Assembly (NCBI GenBank): GCA_965247115.1
Contig: CBDFGR010000002.1
Location: 928,001-992,000, forward strand
Length of the DNA: 64,000 bases
Direction: 5' to 3'
From: Myxococcota bacterium
GTDB lineage: Bacteria > Myxococcota_A > UBA9160 > SZUA-336
Position 1 is the stretch's first letter. The number at the start of each line of letters is the position of its first letter. A model generated the notes under the pieces. The model saw only the letters and a program-made list of their open reading frames with translations. It was not told the DNA's origin and made no database searches. Made by a program: the position numbers and the translations under genes. This document shows positions 9,263-17,990 of the stretch, in pieces.

Positions 9263-10447
9263 CTACTCTCCTATCGTGATCTCCAGCTGTCGCTTGATCA
9301 CGTAGTCGCGCTTGCGACGCGCCTCTTGGGCGAGCACCGTTTCGAGCGTCCGGACGCGCAGCTCCCTCAGGAGCTCCGCCATGCGTTCCTGCGCCTCGAC
9401 GCTGTCGCTGCTGATCTTCTCGAACGTGACCCGGCGATCGATCGTGCGCGTTCCGCCCGCCTCTCCGCTCACGGTGATGCGGAGCAGGTTCTCGCCGGGG
9501 TTCAGCGAGATGTAGCCGTCGAAGGTCCCGTCGGGGAACAGGCGAATGGCCCGAGCGGACTGGCTCGTCGACAGGTTGTCGATCCTCACGCCCGCGAGCC
9601 TGGTAAGACTCATATGAGGAACGAAGTCGACGATCCCACCGGGATCCTCGATGATGAGCAGCTCTCCGCCGTTGGCCTTGGCCATGTCCAGGAACACCTT
9701 CGGACGGGACGCGACCTCGGGACCCAGAGCGAACGAATAGATGCGAATCTTCGAGCTCGCTGCGTGCTGAGAGGCGCGGACGGCAGCCTTGGCCGCGGAG
9801 GTCGGGGGCGCCGGGCGGTTGGGCAGCCCATCGGAGAGAAAGATGATCGAGCGATGCCGGTTCTCGCCGTTCCCGGGAGCCTGCTCGAACACCTTGATCG
9901 CTGCGATGATGGCGCCGTAGAAGTATGTCCCACCGGGCCCGGGCCTGGTGGGCAAGGCGTCGAGGGCATGGAGGAGCTCGCTGGTGGGAGTTCCGATGCG
10001 GGCCAGAACCCGCTCCGTACGGTCGAAGGTGATGAGACCCATGCGCGTCGAGTCGGGATCGAGCCGCTCGATCAGCCGCCGGGCGGCGATGAGCTGAGCC
10101 GATGCGATGGTGTCGTCCGGATCGGAGACGACCTCCAGGGACCGTCCCCCTCCCATGGCAATGCGAACGGTCCGCCCGATCTTGCCGTCCCCGTCCACGT
10201 CTGCACCCGACGGCTCGAAGGTACTCGCCGTGCGATCGAGAACGATCACGACGTCGTGGCTGCCGCGCTGGCCCGTGCCCGCCCAGCCGCGAACCTCGAC
10301 CAGTCCCACCGGCTCGCGGACGATCTGCCGCTGTCTCGGAGATTCGAGATCGGCCCAGATGGCCTCCCCGTACGCGCTTGGTGCGGTCAGGCAGAGGCAA
10401 GGAATCAGGGCAAGAGATACAGCGAGAGCGGCGCGCTTCACGAGCAT
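9263..10447 (-). CDS. Secreted von Willebrand factor A (VWA) domain protein
   Basis: Signal peptide; VVIVLDRTAST (MIDAS-like), GGTYF, IIFLSDG; DVDGDG loop. Confidence 0.85.
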   Translation of the reverse strand: MLVKRAALAVSLALIPCLCLTAPSAYGEAIWADLESPRQRQIVREPVGLVEVRGWAGTGQRGSHDVVIVLDRTASTFEPSGADVDGDGKIGRTVRIAMGGGRSLEVVSDPDDTIASAQLIAARRLIERLDPDSTRMGLITFDRTERVLARIGTPTSELLHALDALPTRPGPGGTYFYGAIIAAIKVFEQAPGNGENRHRSIIFLSDGLPNRPAPPTSAAKAAVRASQHAASSKIRIYSFALGPEVASRPKVFLDMAKANGGELLIIEDPGGIVDFVPHMSLTRLAGVRIDNLSTSQSARAIRLFPDGTFDGYISLNPGENLLRITVSGEAGGTRTIDRRVTFEKISSDSVEAQERMAELLRELRVRTLETVLAQEARRKRDYVIKRQLEITIGE

Positions 10448-10524
10448 TGGGGGCGATCGATTGTAACAAAGGCGCCGATGCCACCCCTATAATGCTTCGC
10501 GATCGGAGGTCGGGAGGCTCGCAC

Positions 10525-11646
10525 ATGTCAGCTGGTGGATCCCGGAGCTTGCGCGGTGTGATCGCGCTTCTGCTCGCAACGCTGGCCTCGGCCACCGTTG
10601 CCGGCCTCGCGGTCTACCTGAGCGCCAGCAGCGAGCTACGCGCCGCCTCGGACGACAAGTACCTGGCGCTGATGCATGTGCGGCGCGACGCCTTGAGCGA
10701 GTACCTCCGCTCAGTCCTGGAGGAGACCCGGTTCTGGAACAAGAACCGGGTCATGCGCAGCGCGCTCATCGAGTTCGCCGCCGCCTGGAAGGAGCTCTCC
10801 GAGCCCGAAACCACGCTTCAGAGGCTCTACATCGATGACAACCCGTTTCCGGAGGGCGAGAAAGACAACCTGGAGTCCGCAACCGATGGATCGGTGTACA
10901 GCGAGGTCCACTCCCGCTACCACTACTGGTTGCGCAGTTTCCTGCTTCACCGCGGCGTCTACGACGTCTTCCTGTTCGATCCGAGTGGAAACCTGGTCTA
11001 CACCTCTTTCAAGGAGCGCGACTTCGCCACGAACCTCGTGACCGGCGAGTGGAAGGACACGGACCTGGGAAGAGCCTTCCGAAAGGCCAGGGAGAATCCC
11101 TACCCGAGCTACGTCGCCTTCTTCGACTTCTCGCCCTATGGACCGAGTCACGGCGCCCCGGCGAGCTTCTTCGCGAGCGCGGTCCTCGACGACGCCGGTA
11201 CTCTGCTCGGGGTGCTGGCTTTCCAGATCCCGGCGGATCGGATCAATGAGATCATGCAGGTCACGGCCGGCATGGGCGAGAGCGGGGAGACCTACGCGGT
11301 GGGCACGGACCTCTTGATGCGCAGCGACTCTCGCTTCTCGGAGGAGCCGACCACGCTGAAGACGCGCGTGGACACGCGCACGGTCTCCCTGGCGCTCGAC
11401 GGCGAGAGCGGAATGGACGTCGTGGCTGACTATCGCGGTGTGCCCGTCTTCTCCGCCTATGGGCCGCTCGATTTCGAGGGTGTGCGGTGGGCGGTGATGG
11501 CCGAGATCGACGAGGCCGAGGTGCAGCAGCCGGTGGCACGAATCCGCAACTGGGTACTGCTCGCTTCGATCATCGGCGCTCCCCTGGCGACGCTGCTCGG
11601 GCTGGTCGGAATCAGGGCCGCAGGCCGTAGGGGCGGCGAGCAATGA
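10525..11646 (+). CDS. Membrane-anchored dCache sensor domain protein without cytoplasmic output domain
   Basis: TM, then dCache motifs (YDVFLFD..GNLVY, KERDFATNL, GMGESGETY.VG.D.LMRSDSRF, DYRG.PV.SAY), then TM, then only about 10 residues. Start trimmed to ATG 10525 with GGAGG RBS. Confidence 0.85.
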   Translation: MSAGGSRSLRGVIALLLATLASATVAGLAVYLSASSELRAASDDKYLALMHVRRDALSEYLRSVLEETRFWNKNRVMRSALIEFAAAWKELSEPETTLQRLYIDDNPFPEGEKDNLESATDGSVYSEVHSRYHYWLRSFLLHRGVYDVFLFDPSGNLVYTSFKERDFATNLVTGEWKDTDLGRAFRKARENPYPSYVAFFDFSPYGPSHGAPASFFASAVLDDAGTLLGVLAFQIPADRINEIMQVTAGMGESGETYAVGTDLLMRSDSRFSEEPTTLKTRVDTRTVSLALDGESGMDVVADYRGVPVFSAYGPLDFEGVRWAVMAEIDEAEVQQPVARIRNWVLLASIIGAPLATLLGLVGIRAAGRRGGEQ

Positions 11647-12734
11647 GGGGCTGGAACATCGCGCTTGCAGCGGCGCTCGTGCTGACGTGCGGCGAGTCGA
11701 CCGAGCCCGGACCCCCGCCGCGGGTCGCGACCGCGCTGGTCGTGGAGGAGTCGATTCCCCTCTCCCATGAGTTCGAGGGTCGAACACTGCCCTACGAGCG
11801 TGTCGAGCTGCGCGCAGCAGTCGAGGGTCAGCTCCTGTCGGTCGAGGTTGCAGACGGGAGTAAGGTCAGGGCTGGGGACATCCTGTTCGTGATCGAGTCC
11901 GAGGCATACGAGACCGCTGTCGCACGCGCTGATCGAGAGCTGCAGCAGAGCGAGGCGTCGCTGGCGAGTGCGCGCGCGAACCTCGCGCTCCTCCAAGAGC
12001 GCTTCGAAGCAGGAGAGATGAGCCGAGAAAACTACGAGCGCGAGGAAGCCGAGGTGGAGCAGTCGCGCGTCCTGGCGGAGGCTCGTGGTAACGCCCTGAC
12101 GCGCGCGCAGTCCGCTCTCGCCAGTACGAGGCTCACGGCGCCGCTGAGTGGTCGCGTCCAGCTCGGCGCGAGCGAGGTGGGCTCGAGCGTCGACTCGGAT
12201 AGCGGGGTGCTGGCGACGATCACCCGATTGCACCCGATGCGAGCTCGTTTCATGGTCGATCGGCCCGAGGTTCTCGACGACACCGAGCACGGCACCGCTC
12301 CAAGGGACAAGCACGATCCCCTTGCGACACTCGAGCTCAGGCTCTCGGATGGCACGCTCTATCCGTTCGCGGGTAGGCTCGAGTCCACCGAAGACGCGGG
12401 TTCGGGGAACGTGGAAGTTCTGGCGTTGTTCCCCAATACGGAGGGCACGTTGCTCCCCGATCAGCCGGTGAACATCACCCTTCTCGTGCCCGGCTCTGCC
12501 AGGCCACGGCTCCTCGTGCCGACCAGCGCGATTCACAGCAGCTGGAGGGGAAGCTTCGCGCTCATCGTAGATGCGGAGAATCGAGTCGAGCGGCGCAGAA
12601 TCGAGACCGGAGCGCTGATCCGGTCCCGCCAGATCGTGGAGCACGGACTCGCTGCCGGGGAGCAGGTGGTGCTGGAAGCTGAGGAGGGTATTCGTCCGGG
12701 CATGGAGGTAAATCCGGGGGCAAGCGAGAGCTAG
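11643..12734 (+). CDS. RND-type efflux periplasmic adaptor (membrane fusion protein)
   Basis: Lipobox-like N-terminus, 'VELRAAVEG', 'V.AGDILFVI', coiled-coil hairpin, 'APLSGRV', 'GLAAGEQVV'; ATGA overlap with upstream gene. Confidence 0.85.
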   Translation: MRGWNIALAAALVLTCGESTEPGPPPRVATALVVEESIPLSHEFEGRTLPYERVELRAAVEGQLLSVEVADGSKVRAGDILFVIESEAYETAVARADRELQQSEASLASARANLALLQERFEAGEMSRENYEREEAEVEQSRVLAEARGNALTRAQSALASTRLTAPLSGRVQLGASEVGSSVDSDSGVLATITRLHPMRARFMVDRPEVLDDTEHGTAPRDKHDPLATLELRLSDGTLYPFAGRLESTEDAGSGNVEVLALFPNTEGTLLPDQPVNITLLVPGSARPRLLVPTSAIHSSWRGSFALIVDAENRVERRRIETGALIRSRQIVEHGLAAGEQVVLEAEEGIRPGMEVNPGASES

Positions 12735-12737
12735 CGG

Positions 12738-13859
12738 ATGAGAACACGCTCCGAGCCTCCCGAGTTCCAGCCCGGTCACCCAGCGCACGAGGTGTTCTGG
12801 GAGCTGACCCACCTCTATCAGACGGAAGAAATTGGCCTGTGCATGCTGGATCGCGAGCTGCGGTACGTCCGCATCAACAATCTGCTGGCGCGTACACATA
12901 GGGTCTCCGTCGAAGACCACCTCGGGCGCACGCTTCGGGAAGTCAGTCGGTACGTGGCGGACGCGCTGGAGCCCCTGCTGCGCAAGGTGATCGAGACGGG
13001 CGAGCCCCTGCCGCACTTCGAGCTGCAAAGTAGCTGGCCGGGACCCGAGGAGCGGCGATGGTGGCTGTCAAACTATCGGCCGCTCAGGTCGCAGTCGGGA
13101 GAGGTGGTCGGAGTCAGCGGCGTGGTGCGAGAGATCACGGACCTCAAGCGTGCGGAAGACGCTCTTCGCGCCAGCGAGGCGGCTCTGCGCGCCAGCGAGG
13201 CGGATCTTCGCGAGCTGGCAGGGAGGCTATTGCAGGCCCAGGAAGAGGAGCGCAGCCGATTGGCACGCGAGCTCCACGACGACCTGAGCCAGCGACTGGC
13301 CGTGCTCGCAATCGAGGCGGGCAAGCTAGAGCACGAGCTGGACAGCGACGCCACTATGGGTAGGGCACGCGCTCGCGGGCTCCGCGACCAGATCGCGAGC
13401 ATTTCCCAGGACGTGCACGCGATCTCACGACAGCTCCACCCGTCGATCCTAGAGGACCTGGGCCTGACCAGCGCCATCGAATCGGAGTGCTCCCGCTACG
13501 CGCACCATGAGGGCATCTCGATCCAATACGAGCACCACGACATCCCACCAGAACTGCCGAAAGAGGTCGCATTGAGTCTGTATCGAATTGCACAGGAGAG
13601 CCTGAGGAACATCGCCAAGCACGCCCAGACGAACGTGGCTCGCATCTCGCTCGTGCGAGTAGATGGCGAGGTCCTGCTCAGCATCGAGGACGACGGGATG
13701 GGCTTCGAGCCGACGGAGGCCGAGAGCAAGGCGGGAGTGGGTCTGGCCAGCATGGCGGAGCGGGCCCGCCTGATGCATGGAGACCTGACGATTCGCGCCG
13801 CGTCCGGTAGGGGCACGCACGTCTCTGTACGCGTACCCCTGCCAGAGGCCAGCGCATGA
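12738..13859 (+). CDS. PAS-domain sensor histidine kinase (HisKA_3 / NarX-like, cytoplasmic)
   Basis: PAS, EEERSRLARELHD H-box, QESLRNIAKHA N-box, DDGMGF, GVGL; no TM segment. Confidence 0.93.
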   Translation: MRTRSEPPEFQPGHPAHEVFWELTHLYQTEEIGLCMLDRELRYVRINNLLARTHRVSVEDHLGRTLREVSRYVADALEPLLRKVIETGEPLPHFELQSSWPGPEERRWWLSNYRPLRSQSGEVVGVSGVVREITDLKRAEDALRASEAALRASEADLRELAGRLLQAQEEERSRLARELHDDLSQRLAVLAIEAGKLEHELDSDATMGRARARGLRDQIASISQDVHAISRQLHPSILEDLGLTSAIESECSRYAHHEGISIQYEHHDIPPELPKEVALSLYRIAQESLRNIAKHAQTNVARISLVRVDGEVLLSIEDDGMGFEPTEAESKAGVGLASMAERARLMHGDLTIRAASGRGTHVSVRVPLPEASA

Positions 13860-14497
13860 CGCGCGCACGTGTGCTGCTCGCTGACGATCATCGGATCGTC
13901 GCCGATGGCCTGCGGGGTCTGCTCGAGCCGGAGTTCGAGCTGGTCGGAAGCGTCGAGGACGGTCGCGCCATGGTGGCCACAGCAAACGAGCTGAATCCGG
14001 ACGTCGTCGTGGCGGACATCTCGATGCCTCTGCTCAATGGCATCGAGGCCGCGCAGCAGCTCAGGAAGTCAGGCTCCAAGGCCAAGGTCATCTTCCTCAC
14101 GATGCACCCCGACGTCATGTACGCGATGAGGGCGTTCGACGCGGGCGCGGCGGGCTTCGTCCTGAAGCACTCCGCCGCCTCCGAGCTCGTGAACGCGATC
14201 CGAGAGGTCCTGGAAGGACGGACGTACATCACGCCGCTCCTGGCGAAGGAGCTTATCGAAGCGTACAGCGAGCGGGAGCAGCGCAACGCCGATCCGCTGA
14301 ACAGGCTGACTCCCCGACAGCGCGAAGTCCTTCAGCTCCTGGCCGAGGGCCGCTCCGCGAAAGAGATCGCCGCTGTCCTGAACGTCTCGCGCAGAACGGC
14401 CGAGTTCCACAAGTACCGCATGATGGAGGAGCTCGGCATCCGCACCAGCGCCGAGCTCATCCAGTTCGCCATCCGCCACGGAGTCATCTCGGTCTAG
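13856..14497 (+). CDS. NarL/LuxR-family response regulator
   Basis: LLADDH, DISMP receiver motifs; LTPRQREVLQLLAEG LuxR HTH. Confidence 0.95.
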   Translation: MTRARVLLADDHRIVADGLRGLLEPEFELVGSVEDGRAMVATANELNPDVVVADISMPLLNGIEAAQQLRKSGSKAKVIFLTMHPDVMYAMRAFDAGAAGFVLKHSAASELVNAIREVLEGRTYITPLLAKELIEAYSEREQRNADPLNRLTPRQREVLQLLAEGRSAKEIAAVLNVSRRTAEFHKYRMMEELGIRTSAELIQFAIRHGVISV

Positions 14498-14562
14498 GGC
14501 CGTACCCCCAACCGAGATCTCTCTGGTATCGCGGCCGCTAACCCCACTCGCAGAGCGATCAT

Positions 14563-15258
14563 CTAGGGCGAAGCGCGCGCCCCTCCAGGCACCTCCAACG
14601 GATCGAGCAACCCGCCGCGTCGCCAACCCTCTCTGAGCAGCCACGTGCGTGCGGCGGCAACGGACCGAGGCCGCGGACGACCCTCTTTGCGGGCAGCGGT
14701 GCCTCTTCTCCAGCCATCAAACCAGCGCCCCGATGAGGCGGGATCCAGCTCCCGAAGCGCCCTCCGCCGATGGCGGGCCGCGTTGAGCAGTACGTACCGG
14801 ATCACATTCCGGACCTCGCGCGGCGTCTTCAGCACGCGCATGTGGTAGCGATCCGCCAGCAGCCCACCGCGCCACCCGAACGCGCTCCGCATCGCCCAGA
14901 CCATCCTCCTGCTGAGAGATTTCATCCCCCGACCGAGCGCATGGCGATCCTTCGCCTCGACGATGAGGTGGGCGTGATCCCGCAAGAGCGCATAGTGCAC
15001 CACCCGAAACTCCCCCCTCTCGCACCCCCGCGCCAGCGTCTCCTCGAACGCCCGAACAAAGCCTGGAGCCCGCAACGACGGGGCACCGTCGCGCACCCGC
15101 AGCGTCACGTGACACGGATGCCTCGACGCGAGACTCCGCCGACTTCGATGGCGGACCAGCGGATTCGCCCCAGGCTTGCGTCCCGCCCCTTCGCGCCGCC
15201 CGCCATGACGCGCCAGAGGCCGTAGACTAAGCGAGAGCTGTCGATCTGACTGCTTCAT
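14563..15258 (-). CDS. RAYT-like HUH (Y1) transposase, copy 1
   Basis: HVTLR, HUH motif DHAHLIVE, DRYH, catalytic-Tyr helix IRYVLLN; 231 aa, no adjacent tnpB. Confidence 0.85.
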   Translation of the reverse strand: MKQSDRQLSLSLRPLARHGGRREGAGRKPGANPLVRHRSRRSLASRHPCHVTLRVRDGAPSLRAPGFVRAFEETLARGCERGEFRVVHYALLRDHAHLIVEAKDRHALGRGMKSLSRRMVWAMRSAFGWRGGLLADRYHMRVLKTPREVRNVIRYVLLNAARHRRRALRELDPASSGRWFDGWRRGTAARKEGRPRPRSVAAARTWLLREGWRRGGLLDPLEVPGGARASP

Positions 15259-15276
15259 GTATTCACCAACTGGTGT

Positions 15277-15305
15277 AGATTAGGGCTTTCTACTTATTTT
15301 GTCAA
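15277..15305 (-). promoter_or_regulatory. Sigma70-type promoter of RAYT copy 1
   Basis: Minus strand reads TTGACA-N17-TAATCT, ending 18 nt upstream of the ATG; conserved at copy 2. Confidence 0.65.
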
Positions 15306-15309
15306 GGGG

Positions 15310-15580
15310 TGGTCCGGTCCTGGCACATGGTTTACAGAAGTCCGGGAACATCGTTGACACCTGGGAGATGCCCTGGATGGAAACGAATAAAGAAGATCAA
15401 AGGGGGAATTTCGTGATGGAGTTCCTGAGCGGACAGTGGTCGATGACCGAGCTCTGCGAGCGCTACCGCGTGAGTCGTCCGACCGGGTACAAGTGGCTCC
15501 ACCGGGCCAACGAGGACCTTGCGGGACTCCGCCATCGGTCTCGAGCGCCCACACGCCGTCCCCACCGCACGCCGGCGTCC
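15310..15580 (+). mobile_element. IS481-family left end plus truncated transposase (element A, copy 1)
   Basis: Repeated end motifs ACATGGTTTACA / ACATCGTTGACA, then MPWMETNKEDQRGNFV...ELCERYRVSRPTGYKWL (IS481-type HTH); truncated at about 15580. Confidence 0.8.
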
Positions 15581-15884
15581 ATAGGTAACAGAGCAGACCG
15601 GGAACATGGGCAACAGTCGGGTTTAGGGTGATGACGAATTTTCGGCGAGAGGAGAGGACATGCCCCCTCGAGGGTCGGTACATCGGAATCGACGAGACGG
15701 AGGACGAGATCTGGTCGGACTACTTCAGAGACGTCTTGCTCGGTCGCTATCACGAGGAAGAGCGGACGTCTTCGGGTAAAAACCGGGCTCCTGCGAGCCC
15801 GTGTCTCGAAGCCAAAGACATCAAGGGAACAGAGAAAGAAAAACACAGAGTGTCACCCATGTTGCCGGTCTAACCGTCAGTACA
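15576..15884 (+). mobile_element. Internally deleted IS481-family element (MITE-like, element B)
   Basis: Inverted repeats 15595-15615 and 15851-15871 (18/21 match). RBS plus ATGCCC is joined directly to a transposase C-terminal tail (LEGRYIGIDETEDEIWSDYFRDVLLGRY). Ends in ACA. Confidence 0.7.
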
Positions 15885-16022
15885 GGCCTGGTAGATGGTT
15901 GGCATTTCAGACCCGGAACCGCTGTAAGAAGACGACAGAGTCAGTCCGGTTCGGTGGATCGAGTTAGAGCAACGGTGGTGCACAACTACCGCGGCTTCGC
16001 TCACGGTCTCCTTCGGAGTCTT

Positions 16023-17990
16023 TCAAGCGGCGCCTCGGGTTTGGAGGGTTACGAAGTGGCGGTAGGAGCCGTTTGGGTGAGACATGAGCTGCGCGTGGGA
16101 GCCTGATTCGAGGATGCGGCCGGAGTCGAGGAAGATGATCTGGTCGGCCTGTCGGATTGTCGAGAGGCGGTGCGCGATGACGACGACGGCGCGGTGCAGG
16201 CTCGCGTCTCGCAGCGTGGCGACCAGCTGACGCTCGGTGTCGGGATCGAGGGCCGAGGTCGGCTCATCCAGGATCAGCACCGACGCGTCGCGAACGAGCG
16301 CGCGGGCGATCGAGAGGCGCTGCCTCTGCCCGACCGAGAGCTTCCCCCCTGCCCGTCCGAGCCTGGTCTGGTAACCCTCCGGGAGCTGGCGAATGAACTC
16401 GTGTGCACCAGCGGCTTCGGCTGCGCGCCGGACCTCGGCGTCGCTGGCAGCCGGACTTCCGGTTCGGATGTTCTCCTCCACCGTTGCGTCGAAAAGTACC
16501 GTCTCCTGGAACACGAAGGACACCTGCGAGCGGATCGAGTCGCGCGTTGCGCCCTGGAGATCCGCCCCATCCGCTAGCACCCGACCACGTGTCGGCTCGA
16601 CGAAGCGAGGAATCAGGTAGGCAAACGTTGTCTTGCCCGCACCAGCGGGTCCGACCAGGGCGGTGACCTTGCCGACCGGAACCTCGAGATCGATCCCCCG
16701 CAGCGCCGCAGTGCCGTCCGGATAGTCGAAGCCGACGCCCTCGAACGTGATGCTCCGGCGAATGCGCGAGAGCGTCGACGAGCCGGGCGGGTCCTGTTCG
16801 CCGGGCAGGTCCATCAGAAAGAAGACCCGACTGAGCCCGGGCGCTTCTGCCTGGATCCGGATCCACAGGCGCCCGAGGGCGCCGGAGTAGCCCGCGAGCT
16901 GGAAGTAGTACGTGATCAGCAGGGCGAAGTCCCCCGGGCTCAGCTGCCCACCGATCACGAGGTCCGAGACGCGGAAAAACACGACTCCCCCCAACAGAAA
17001 AGTCCCGCCGAGCACGGCCGCAAGGATCCCGATGACGACCAGCACCACCCCGCGGTACTCGGTAAAGGAGCGCCAGCTGTCCCGGTCGAAGCGGCGCCGC
17101 TCGCGGGCGTTTCCGCCGAGGCTCTGCACGGCCAGGATATTGCTCATGCCCTCTTCGATGGTGGCGGTCGCCTGCGAGCCCGCTGTCCGGCTCTGCTGCA
17201 CGCGCTGACGGATCGAGCCGGTGAACGGGGCCGTCACGAGCAACGCGACCGGCAGAACGGCCAGAGCGGTCCACCAGATCTCGGGATGCGCGCCGAAGGT
17301 CAGCCGCAAAACGAGGACCGTGACTGCGAAGTTCACCACGGTCACGATCGGGGTGAGCAGGATCTGGTAGGACAGTCCTGTGATCGACGGGGTGTCGTAC
17401 ATGACCCGATAGATCGCGTCCCCGACGCGCTCGTCGTCGAAGGAAGTCATGGGCAGGCGCTGGATTCGCTCGTAGAGTCGCGAGCGGTAGTGGTGGTTGA
17501 GCGCCTGCGTGAGCCTCATGGTGAACAGGAAGTCGACAAGCCCGAACAGACCGCCGGCGTAGCTCCAGCCAGCGTTCGCGCTGTTCTCCGTGTTCGTTGC
17601 GGTATCGCGTCCCGCCGCGAGGTCCGCGCTGACGCGGTCGCGCTGAGCCGCGCTCGTACCGAAGGCGCCGACCAGCACGATCAGACCGAGCTGGATGCCG
17701 GCCATCCAGGCGAGCAGGTCGAGCGTGGACGCTCCGTAGAGCGGAGCGAGGAGCGGCTCGATGAAGGGTGGGTGAGGAGTCGTCGGCTGATCCAGGGGCA
17801 CCTTCAGGACAACGTGGTCCACGATGATCTTGACCGGCCAGGCCAGCAGGATGGACACCAGCAGGCTGAGCGAGGTCAGCACGGCCTTGGCCGCGAAACG
17901 CGGGAAGAAGGGCCGGACGTACTGGAAGGCGCGCCTGAAGAGCTGGGTGGCTTCCCGGTTCGAGATGCGCGCGGCGCCTTGCGGGCTCAT
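16023..17990 (-). CDS. ABC exporter, fused permease/ATPase (half transporter 2)
   Basis: TM domain; Walker A GPAGAGKTT, LSVGQRQR, ILDEPTS, IAHRL. Start at ATG 17990 overlaps the upstream stop. Confidence 0.92.
   Translation of the reverse strand: MSPQGAARISNREATQLFRRAFQYVRPFFPRFAAKAVLTSLSLLVSILLAWPVKIIVDHVVLKVPLDQPTTPHPPFIEPLLAPLYGASTLDLLAWMAGIQLGLIVLVGAFGTSAAQRDRVSADLAAGRDTATNTENSANAGWSYAGGLFGLVDFLFTMRLTQALNHHYRSRLYERIQRLPMTSFDDERVGDAIYRVMYDTPSITGLSYQILLTPIVTVVNFAVTVLVLRLTFGAHPEIWWTALAVLPVALLVTAPFTGSIRQRVQQSRTAGSQATATIEEGMSNILAVQSLGGNARERRRFDRDSWRSFTEYRGVVLVVIGILAAVLGGTFLLGGVVFFRVSDLVIGGQLSPGDFALLITYYFQLAGYSGALGRLWIRIQAEAPGLSRVFFLMDLPGEQDPPGSSTLSRIRRSITFEGVGFDYPDGTAALRGIDLEVPVGKVTALVGPAGAGKTTFAYLIPRFVEPTRGRVLADGADLQGATRDSIRSQVSFVFQETVLFDATVEENIRTGSPAASDAEVRRAAEAAGAHEFIRQLPEGYQTRLGRAGGKLSVGQRQRLSIARALVRDASVLILDEPTSALDPDTERQLVATLRDASLHRAVVVIAHRLSTIRQADQIIFLDSGRILESGSHAQLMSHPNGSYRHFVTLQTRGAA

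Noticed and set aside
10503..10515. TCGGAGGTCGGGA matches the start of repeat family C
   Set aside because: Only 13 nt, overlaps the RBS region of the Cache gene, and has no inverted partner.
14537..14562. GC(T/C)AACCCC..ACT motif downstream of both RAYT stops (also about 36172-36190), resembling an attC left arm or element end
   Set aside because: Too short and degenerate; no partner arm found.
14563..15258. Interpreting the HUH genes as IS200/IS605 elements with TnpB/omega RNA
   Set aside because: No tnpB or iscB ORF is adjacent, the proteins are longer than IS200 TnpA, and no subterminal hairpins are evident.
15868..15969. Possible second attC (GTCTAAC ... GTTAGAG)
   Set aside because: No complementary L boxes, and GTCTAAC falls inside the IS481 right end.
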